DNA from: Pseudomonadales bacterium
GTDB taxonomy: Bacteria; Pseudomonadota; Gammaproteobacteria; Pseudomonadales; JAUIET01
Direction of reading: 5' to 3'
Assembly (NCBI GenBank): GCA_045106985.1
Contig: JBGCFQ010000024.1
Location: 128,502 to 192,501 of the forward strand
DNA length: 64,000 nucleotides
The translations under genes were made by a program, and so were the position numbers. Shown here one piece after another: positions 10,189-18,007 of the stretch (position 1 is the stretch's first letter; every line of letters begins with the position of its first letter). The notes below the pieces were generated by a model. The model had not been told where the DNA came from, did not search any database, and worked only from the letters and a program-made list of their open reading frames with translations.

Positions 10189-12360
10189 TTGATTGACAAG
10201 AATGGGCTGCAAGTTGCTGAAATACTTGCAAATTTCATTGAGCAAGAAGCGTTGCCAGACACAGCTGTGAGTGCGATCGATTTTTGGCAGGGCTTCGCAT
10301 CTATCGTTGAGAGTTTCGCTCCGGAGAATCGTGCACTACTGGCCAAGCGCGAAGACCTTCAACTTCAAATCGATTCCTGGCACCAGGCTAATGCTGCTTT
10401 GGAGTTTGATGCTGTCGAATACGACGCTTTTTTGCGTGATATTGGCTATTTATTGCCAGAGCCAGGTGACTTTACGATTGAAAAGACCAACGCCGATGCT
10501 GAGATTGCGACAATTGCTGGGCCGCAGCTTGTGGTTCCAATTTCGAATGCAAGGTTCTCACTAAACGCGGCCAATGCGCGCTGGGGAAGTTTGTACGATG
10601 CACTGTATGGGACTGATGTCATCGCTGAGGCAAATGGTGCTGACAAAACTGCGGGCTATAACCCAGTGCGTGGCGCGGAAGTAGTTGCCTACGGCCGTCA
10701 ATTTTTAGATGACAACTTCCCTTTGCAAACAGGTAGCCATACCGATGCTACGTCTTACCGCGTTGAAGCCGGTGCATTGGTAGTAGAGCAGGGCAAGTTT
10801 CAGTCGGGTTTGCAGCATGCCGCGGCTTTCGAGGGAACTCGTCACGATGAGGCGGGTGTGCTCGTTGCCGTACTGTTAAAGAAACACGGTTTGCACGTTG
10901 AAATTCAGATTGATCCGTCTTCTCCTATCGGTAAAACGGATTTGGCGGGCGTAAAAGATCTGCTGATGGAATCCGCTATTTCGAACATTCAGGATTGTGA
11001 AGATTCGGTGGCAGCGGTGGATGCAGCCGACAAAGTCGTTGTGTATCGAAACTGGCTAGGCTTAATGCGCGGAGACTTGCAAGAGAGTTTCAGTAAAGGC
11101 GGTAAAACGATGACTCGTTCGTTAAATGCCGACCGCGAGTACAAAGGCCCTGACGGCTCACCTTTTTCGATTCCTGGTCGTTGTTTATTGCTGATCCGAA
11201 ATGTCGGTCACCTGATGACAAATCCTGCGATCGTCGATGCGCAAGGTCATGAAATACCTGAAGGCATAATGGACGCTGTGGTGACGAGCATGATCGCCAA
11301 GCATGACCTTCTTGGAACTGGGCCGTTGCGCAATTCGCGCACGGGCAGTGTCTATATTGTAAAGCCAAAAATGCACGGGCCAGAAGAAGTAGCGTTTACC
11401 TGCCGACTTTTCTCCGCAGTAGAAGATTTACTTGATTTGCCACGCAATACTTTGAAAGTTGGCATTATGGATGAGGAGCGTCGTACCACGGTTAATCTCA
11501 AAGCCTGCATTTATGCTGCTCGAGAAAGAGTTATTTTTATCAACACAGGGTTTCTTGACCGAACGGGCGATGAGATTCACACATCAATGCACGCGGGGCC
11601 TATGGTTTGCAAGGGGCCAATGAAAGATCAGGCCTGGATAAAGGCCTACGAAGACTGGAATGTTGACGTCGGTCTGCGCTGTGGTTTGAGTGGGCAGGCG
11701 CAAATCGGTAAGGGTATGTGGGCCAAACCGGACGAAATGGCTGAAATGATGGAGGCCAAAATTGGTCATCCATTAGCAGGCGCTAACTGCGCCTGGGTGC
11801 CTTCGCCCACGGCGGCTACTTTGCACGTTATGCATTATCACGCCGTAAATGTTGCCGAGGTTCAATCCCAGCTGAAGACACGGACGCCAGCGAGCCTTAC
11901 TGATATTTTAACGATCCCTGTCTCAAGTCAAGTTGCCGATCTGGCTGAAGACGAGATTCTCCGAGAGCTGGATAACAATTCGCAGGGAATTTTAGGCTAC
12001 GTTGTACGTTGGGTTAATCATGGGGTGGGTTGCTCTAAGGTACCTGATATCAATAATGTTGGTTTGATGGAAGATCGCGCGACGCTTCGAATATCGAGCC
12101 AGCACATGGCTAATTGGTTATTGCATGGAATATGTTCTGCCGAACAAATTACGGCGTCTTTAGAACGCATGGCGGTTATCGTTGATGCGCAAAATGCCTC
12201 GGATCCGGAATATCAGCCAATGGCTCCAGACTTCACGAGCAGCATAGCGTTCCAGGCCGCCTCGGACCTTGTGTTTAAAGGTGGCGTGCAGCCCAGCGGT
12301 TATACAGAGCCTTTGCTGCATAATCGTCGGCTGCAGCTAAAGAGGGCCGAAGCGAGCTAG
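10189..12360 (+). CDS. glcB: malate synthase G
   Basis: 723 aa. The N-terminus '[18 protein letters not shown]' and the motif '[16 protein letters not shown]' are typical of GlcB. TTG start with a GGAG about 8 nt upstream. Confidence 0.95.
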   Translation: MIDKNGLQVAEILANFIEQEALPDTAVSAIDFWQGFASIVESFAPENRALLAKREDLQLQIDSWHQANAALEFDAVEYDAFLRDIGYLLPEPGDFTIEKTNADAEIATIAGPQLVVPISNARFSLNAANARWGSLYDALYGTDVIAEANGADKTAGYNPVRGAEVVAYGRQFLDDNFPLQTGSHTDATSYRVEAGALVVEQGKFQSGLQHAAAFEGTRHDEAGVLVAVLLKKHGLHVEIQIDPSSPIGKTDLAGVKDLLMESAISNIQDCEDSVAAVDAADKVVVYRNWLGLMRGDLQESFSKGGKTMTRSLNADREYKGPDGSPFSIPGRCLLLIRNVGHLMTNPAIVDAQGHEIPEGIMDAVVTSMIAKHDLLGTGPLRNSRTGSVYIVKPKMHGPEEVAFTCRLFSAVEDLLDLPRNTLKVGIMDEERRTTVNLKACIYAARERVIFINTGFLDRTGDEIHTSMHAGPMVCKGPMKDQAWIKAYEDWNVDVGLRCGLSGQAQIGKGMWAKPDEMAEMMEAKIGHPLAGANCAWVPSPTAATLHVMHYHAVNVAEVQSQLKTRTPASLTDILTIPVSSQVADLAEDEILRELDNNSQGILGYVVRWVNHGVGCSKVPDINNVGLMEDRATLRISSQHMANWLLHGICSAEQITASLERMAVIVDAQNASDPEYQPMAPDFTSSIAFQAASDLVFKGGVQPSGYTEPLLHNRRLQLKRAEAS

Positions 12361-12586
12361 TTGAGGCTGTCACGGCGGCTGCGAGGCTCAGAAGTTGCCT
12401 GGAGCATCTTTGAGTAACGTGGGATTCAAGATTCAGGTTTTGTTCATGATTTAGCGAGCACACTGTGGCATGCTAAACACTTCGGCCGGTTTAATGCCTA
12501 GTGCACTAATCCAGTCGATCGCCCGGTGCGTAGGAACAAATAATTAGAGTGGTTGTCTGATAGAAGACTACCGACACACAATCCTG

Positions 12587-14104
12587 ATGAATACGGTAAA
12601 AAATAAACGCTTCACGGTGCCAGCCACCGACATCGAATCGCAACAAAGAAGGCCGCGCCTGCGCGTCCATCCTACGTTGCTCGCCCCACTTTTAAGTCTG
12701 TTTCTGTTCGGTCAATTCAGCCAGGCCGAAACATCTGCTCAGCAGCCCTCTGACTCGGAATCCTCATCTACTTACGTAACCGCCCCGCAACCGGAGGTGA
12801 GTGACAGCGTCAGCGATGCCAATGACCCAAGGTTTGTAAGAGACCAGTACGTGCGAGAAGTAGAGTTGTTGCAGGCACAGTACGGAGCGTACAACAGCGA
12901 GCTGGCTGAGGCCCTACAAGGGCTGGGCGAAGCTCAACAACGGCTTGGCAAACATACTGACGCTATTGAGACACTCAAACAGAGTGCTCACATCACTCGA
13001 ATTAATGAGGGCCTCTTTGCTCCAGCGATCATGCCGATGCTCAACGCCATGGTTGAAAGCTATGCGCATTTGGGCGATTGGGAAGCTGTCGATGACCAGC
13101 ATCACTTCATGATGGAAATTAACGGAGCTAACTACGGCTGGAATGACGAGCGCATGTTGCCAATATTGGACAAGCTTACTCGCTGGCATATGTTCGCGTT
13201 TTTTGAGGCGGTCTCACCAGAGCCTTCGCATCATTTGCATATGGCGAGGTCGTTGTTTTCAGCAGCTTCAAGGGTAATAGAACTCAACTTTGGTCAATAC
13301 GATTTACGCCTGGCGAAGCAGCTACGCGGGCGCCGTATTGCTGATTATTACCTGGCGAGCATTATGGCCGACGAAGCCGAAAGCCAGTTGCGCCTTGAGC
13401 GCATGCAGAGTATCGGCAGAGACGAGAACTTCCGATTCGCTCAAGGAACAAGGACAATTTCACAAGGTTATTTGTCCGGGCTGCGTAGTTCGCGCCATGT
13501 AGTCGATATTTATGAGAACAATGATTCGGCCAGACCTGAAGAAGTGGCGGAAGCGATGGCTGAGCTAGGTGATTGGTATCTCCGCTTTAATAAACGTCAA
13601 TCGGCTATACGCACCTACCTTGACGCCTATAGCTTGTTGAGTGAAAACGCAGAAACAATCGCAATTCGAGATCGGATGTTTGGCCGACCCAAGGTGCTGG
13701 ATTTCGCTACCGATTACTCAGATTACCTAACACCCGCCGGAAAAAAACTATCAACAGGTTATGTTTTACTAGAGCTGGACTTAACCAAAGCCGGGTTGGT
13801 TAGCCGGGCGCAGTTTATTGAAGAGAAGCCGGCGCAGCCTTCAATGCGTCGCCGCGCGTTGCGCGAGCTTCGTAGCCGCCGTTTCAGGCCAAGGTTTGAG
13901 GACGGGGCACCAGTGCCTACGGCGGCGCTTAAGTATCGTTATCGCTACGAATACGCAGGACCGCCGATCTCCGCTTCGAGCAGCGAGCCAAAGCAGGCTA
14001 CTCAAGTAGATAAAGCTGAAGGGACAAAGCTCGAGAATAAAGCCGCTAGCTCAAAACCTTTAAAAGATCATTCGCCCGAAGGGGATTCCGATGCCACATT
14101 GTAA
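12587..14104 (+). CDS. signal-peptide TPR-like helical protein with TonB C-terminal-like domain
   Basis: N-terminal hydrophobic segment ending 'FSQA/ET', then TPR-like helices (for example 'ELAEALQGLGEAQQRLGKHTDAIETLKQS'). The C-terminal 'GYVLLELDLTKAGLVSRAQFIEE...RFRPRFEDGAPVP..LKYRYRYEY' resembles the TonB_C beta-alpha-beta pattern. Confidence 0.45.
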   Translation: MNTVKNKRFTVPATDIESQQRRPRLRVHPTLLAPLLSLFLFGQFSQAETSAQQPSDSESSSTYVTAPQPEVSDSVSDANDPRFVRDQYVREVELLQAQYGAYNSELAEALQGLGEAQQRLGKHTDAIETLKQSAHITRINEGLFAPAIMPMLNAMVESYAHLGDWEAVDDQHHFMMEINGANYGWNDERMLPILDKLTRWHMFAFFEAVSPEPSHHLHMARSLFSAASRVIELNFGQYDLRLAKQLRGRRIADYYLASIMADEAESQLRLERMQSIGRDENFRFAQGTRTISQGYLSGLRSSRHVVDIYENNDSARPEEVAEAMAELGDWYLRFNKRQSAIRTYLDAYSLLSENAETIAIRDRMFGRPKVLDFATDYSDYLTPAGKKLSTGYVLLELDLTKAGLVSRAQFIEEKPAQPSMRRRALRELRSRRFRPRFEDGAPVPTAALKYRYRYEYAGPPISASSSEPKQATQVDKAEGTKLENKAASSKPLKDHSPEGDSDATL

Positions 14105-15101
14105 AATTAAGGTTGTAGCAATATGTGCCTTGCTGGCTGTCTCGGCCTGTAAAGAAAAAGATGAGGAACAGGGCGGTGGTTCGGCAGTGGATCAGGGCAG
14201 TGTTCAAGAGAGTCATTCAAAGCCAGAAGCAAGCGCGTCAACAGCTGAACCTGGGTGGGAAGACGAGAGAGGTGAAGGGCTACCAGGCTTAGGCCAGGGC
14301 GGCAAAAGCGATACGGGCGCGGCGCAACGAGCATCAGATGAAAGAGAGATAGGCCATCGCCTGCCGCCTGCGGCTCCGCAAGCATCAGCCGGCGCTGGAA
14401 CTGGTAACGGACCATTCGGTGGTGCTACTGAAAGTGCCTCTATACCGCTGCCGACAGTGTTCAATGACGGCGACTACGACGTTGATGCTGGCTTGGAAGA
14501 CAGTGACTTTGATGTTGGCATTTCTGTGCCAGGCATTGGCTTACCTAGTATAGGTTTGCCCGGAATGGGTTTACCGGGTGGTGGAAGTTCAGGTGGCATG
14601 GGCGCGCCTAGCGCCGGTCTGCCTGGCGGAAGTGGTGGTGTTGGCGGTTTGGATGATGCTCTTGATGCATCGTTAGAAGACTTTGATGGCGTGGTTTTGG
14701 CAGGTAAAGACGGGGCCCGTGGAATGGAGAATTCAGGTGCTGGAAGTTCATCAAGCGGAGCCGCGAGTAGTGGCAAAGGCGGTGGAAAGGGCGGCGCGTC
14801 TGGTGCCGGTGGTGGCCAGGGAGGAGGGCAATCTCGAATTCCCCCACCACCCTCTGAGTCAGAATCTTCGAGCGGCGGGTCAGGCGGCGGTGGGGAGTCA
14901 GCCAAAGGCGCGAAAGGCGGCCCTAGGGGCTCCAACTCTAAAGGAAAGCAGCCAAACCCGGCTCCAGCCGACTTACAAGATGGCGACGACGATGATCTGA
15001 TTGCGCGCCAAATTAGAGAGGCCGCTGAAAACGAAGAGGATCCTGAATTGCAGGAAAAACTTTGGGACGAATATCGTAAGTACAAGAATGGTCAACGTTA
15101 G
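14091..15101 (+). CDS. lipoprotein with long Gly/Ser/Asp-rich low-complexity region
   Basis: Lipobox 'LLAVSAC'. Repeats 'GIGLPSIGLPGMGLPGGG' and 'GGGKGGASGAGGGQGGGQ' are followed by a conserved-looking acidic C-terminal helix. The start overlaps the upstream gene by 14 nt. Confidence 0.6.
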   Translation: MPHCKIKVVAICALLAVSACKEKDEEQGGGSAVDQGSVQESHSKPEASASTAEPGWEDERGEGLPGLGQGGKSDTGAAQRASDEREIGHRLPPAAPQASAGAGTGNGPFGGATESASIPLPTVFNDGDYDVDAGLEDSDFDVGISVPGIGLPSIGLPGMGLPGGGSSGGMGAPSAGLPGGSGGVGGLDDALDASLEDFDGVVLAGKDGARGMENSGAGSSSSGAASSGKGGGKGGASGAGGGQGGGQSRIPPPPSESESSSGGSGGGGESAKGAKGGPRGSNSKGKQPNPAPADLQDGDDDDLIARQIREAAENEEDPELQEKLWDEYRKYKNGQR

Positions 15102-15191
15102 GCGCCTGCTGGGCTTAACATTATTAACAATGGAAAATCCGTATTTGCCAAGATTTCCAGTTAGTTTCGCTAAAGACTTTGAGAATTACCC

Positions 15192-16403
15192 ATGAGTATT
15201 TCAGTTAAACGCCTGTTAAGCATCGTCGCACTGCTGCTTATGCAAGCTTGCTCTACAACAAACGTAAAAACATCAGATGTACATTTGCTGGATATGGCCC
15301 AGGAGGTGATTCCAGAACATTTACTGTTGGATGTTGGTATCAATATTTTTGATCCGGGTTTGGATTCCGCGGGAGATGATTCGAGCTTGTTTCCAGAAGT
15401 TCGTGAGGGCGAAGCCCGCTATCTGCCATTCAATTTAATGGAGACAATGCAAACGTCTGGTCATTGGGGCGCGGTCCGTGTGGTGCCATCAGAAATTGCA
15501 GCGGTTGATGTGCACGTTAATGGCAAAATACTGGAATCAGACGGTGAACGGTTATTTTTGCAACTGACCGTGTCAGACAGCACTGGTAACTTATGGTTTG
15601 ACCGTGAGTATAAGGAAGTCATTTCTGATTTCGTCTATAAGAAGCGACGGGCTGGCGAAGAGCCCTTTCAATCAATGTATAACCGCATTGCCAATGACAT
15701 CGCTAGCCACCAGGCGTCCTTAAACGTAGCGAGCAAAAACAACATACGAACGGTTGCTGAATTGCGCTTTGCCCAAGATTTTGCCCCTGACGCCTTTGGT
15801 GGTCACCTGAGTATTGATGAAGAGGGTATTCTCTCCATTAAACGCCTTCCTAGTGAAGTAGACCCAATGATGCAGCGGATTCGAAAGATCAGAGATCGCG
15901 ACTACTTGTTTGTTGATACTTTGCAGGATTACTACGGCGTTTTTCATCGGCAAATGGACGTACCTTATCTAGAATGGCGTGAGCGCAGCTACGACCATGC
16001 CGTCGCGATTAGAGAGTTGCGAAAGTCTCGCTCTATGCGCGGTATTGCAGGCGCTGCAGCAATAATAGCGGGGATCATGGCGGTTGGCGGCGGCAATGAC
16101 TATGCTCGAGCTGGTGGCGGAGTCGGCATCTGGGCTGGCAGTAGTCTGATTGGCAGCGCTTTACAAAAAGGCCAGGAATTAGGCCAGCATCAAGCTGACT
16201 TCAATGAAATTAGTGAATCGGTGATTACGGCGATTACTCCGCAGGTTATTGAGCTTGAGGATCAAACTATAACGCTGAGTGGTACTGTTAGTGATCAATA
16301 CGGGCAATGGCGAGAACTGCTGCGTGAGATCTATCGGCGAGAGAATGGGATTACCGCCGGCGATGCCAGCCTAAAATCTCCTGCTGCGAGTGATGAAGGG
16401 TAG
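15192..16403 (+). CDS. lipoprotein with C-terminal glycine-zipper segment
   Basis: Lipobox 'LLLMQAC'. A glycine-zipper-like stretch 'GIAGAAAIIAGIMAVGGGNDYARAGGGVGIWAGSSLIGSAL' lies at about nt 16041-16163. Confidence 0.55.
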   Translation: MSISVKRLLSIVALLLMQACSTTNVKTSDVHLLDMAQEVIPEHLLLDVGINIFDPGLDSAGDDSSLFPEVREGEARYLPFNLMETMQTSGHWGAVRVVPSEIAAVDVHVNGKILESDGERLFLQLTVSDSTGNLWFDREYKEVISDFVYKKRRAGEEPFQSMYNRIANDIASHQASLNVASKNNIRTVAELRFAQDFAPDAFGGHLSIDEEGILSIKRLPSEVDPMMQRIRKIRDRDYLFVDTLQDYYGVFHRQMDVPYLEWRERSYDHAVAIRELRKSRSMRGIAGAAAIIAGIMAVGGGNDYARAGGGVGIWAGSSLIGSALQKGQELGQHQADFNEISESVITAITPQVIELEDQTITLSGTVSDQYGQWRELLREIYRRENGITAGDASLKSPAASDEG

Positions 16404-16411
16404 TATCGTCG

Positions 16412-18007
16412 ATGAGCGAACCCGGAAAGCACACAGATGCAGGAAGAACTGCGGGTACCGCAACTATCGACAGAGGCATTGGTTCGAATATTGAAAACCA
16501 CACTGAGATAGCGCCCCTCAATCTGGATTTTTCTGAACTTGACGCAGTTGACGACATAGTTGCTGGCGCCACTTTAGAGGCGGGTTCACAGAGAGCGCCG
16601 AGGTGGTTACTTGCCACAATCATTGGCTTAGTCATTGCCGCCGTAACAGTCATATTTGTGTTGCCAACCGCTTTATCTCCAGCTGACCAACTCGCTGAAC
16701 AGGATGTGGAAGCTGAAGCCATCACGGCTGACGTAGAAAAGATTGATGAGGGCTCACCTTTTCAAGAAGCCAAACTCGCGCAGCAACGTAAAAACGCGCA
16801 AGACTCGCTGGAGCAATTACTTGAGAAGCAACTCTGGCTGGAAAAACGCAACGTTCAATTGTGGGCGGATAAAGAGTACCAACGCAGTTTCGAGTTGGCT
16901 GCCGAGGGCGATGAATATTATCGTAATCGACAGTTTGAAAAGGCCAATAATCTCTATTCAGAAGGTCTGGCAATTGTTACGAATCTTTTGGAAGGTGTGC
17001 CCGATCGCATCGATCGAAATCTTAAAGCCGGATTAGAAGCATTGCTAGTCAATGATGCTGAGAACGCAGAACAGGCTTTTGTTTTAATTCAGGCGATTCA
17101 ACCAGAGCATGACGGGGCTGCAGAAGGGTTGCAACGTCTTGCGGTATTGCCGTCAGTTAGCAAAGCATTGCAATTAGCTGACCGCTATCAAACCGAGCAG
17201 CAATTGCCTAAGGCCTTGGGCGAATTGCGCACAGTCGTTGAGCTCGACCCAGTGCGCGAAAGCCTGCTGACTGAACGCATAGCTCAGTTGGAACAGGCAA
17301 TTTTGGATCGAAACTTTGAAGAACAAATGTCTCAGGGCTATCAAAGCCTGGATCAGGGGAATCGATCGGCAGCAGCCCAATTTTTTACCCAAGCGAGCAA
17401 ACTAAAGTCTGAATCTACTGAGCCAAAAAAGGCTCTAAGAATGGTGCGCAATCAGCAAGCTCTTAGTCGTATGAGCGTGCATATAGATGAAGCCCGAGTT
17501 CTGGAACGAGAAGAACAATGGGCTGATGCGGTGAAGTCTTACGATGCTGCATTATCAATTGATGCGAACTTGAGTGATGCGGCGAACCGTCGTGCCAGAG
17601 CTGTTACTCGCATGAAGATGGATCAAGCTTTGGTAACACTTAATGATGATCCGTTGCGCCTTGCCGACAACACGATATATGCAAAAGCCGCGAAAATTCA
17701 TGCGGCGGGAACTCGAGTATCTGCTGCGGGACCGAGATTGACGCAACAACTAGAATTGCTGAATAAACAGTTGCAAGCATCTCGAATTTCACTTCCAGTG
17801 CTTATTGAATCTGACGGCTTTACTCAGGTGGCGCTTAGCCGCATTGCGCGTTTGGGTGTTCTTCAGCAGAAGAATTTATCATTGATACCTGGTCGATACG
17901 TAGTAACTGGGAGCCGAGACGGCTATCGCGATGTGCGTCGCGAATTTGAGGTGCCGCAGGGCGCTAGAAATGTACGAGTGGACATTCGTTGTGTCGAGCA
18001 AATCTGA
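16412..18007 (+). CDS. bitopic inner-membrane TPR-repeat protein with C-terminal PEGA-like beta domain
   Basis: A cytoplasmic N-tail is followed by a TM helix 'WLLATIIGLVIAAVTVIFVL' and a long TPR-like helical region. The C-terminus is 'LIPGRYVVTGSRDGYRDVRREFEVPQG' (PEGA-like). Confidence 0.5.
   Translation: MSEPGKHTDAGRTAGTATIDRGIGSNIENHTEIAPLNLDFSELDAVDDIVAGATLEAGSQRAPRWLLATIIGLVIAAVTVIFVLPTALSPADQLAEQDVEAEAITADVEKIDEGSPFQEAKLAQQRKNAQDSLEQLLEKQLWLEKRNVQLWADKEYQRSFELAAEGDEYYRNRQFEKANNLYSEGLAIVTNLLEGVPDRIDRNLKAGLEALLVNDAENAEQAFVLIQAIQPEHDGAAEGLQRLAVLPSVSKALQLADRYQTEQQLPKALGELRTVVELDPVRESLLTERIAQLEQAILDRNFEEQMSQGYQSLDQGNRSAAAQFFTQASKLKSESTEPKKALRMVRNQQALSRMSVHIDEARVLEREEQWADAVKSYDAALSIDANLSDAANRRARAVTRMKMDQALVTLNDDPLRLADNTIYAKAAKIHAAGTRVSAAGPRLTQQLELLNKQLQASRISLPVLIESDGFTQVALSRIARLGVLQQKNLSLIPGRYVVTGSRDGYRDVRREFEVPQGARNVRVDIRCVEQI

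Noticed and set aside
14474-15085. 203-aa antisense ORF (Pro/Ser/Ala-rich) opposite the Gly-rich lipoprotein gene
   Set aside because: It is the reverse-complement artefact of GGN/GCN-rich low-complexity coding sequence. It has no start context, and the sense ORF has a lipobox and operon coupling.
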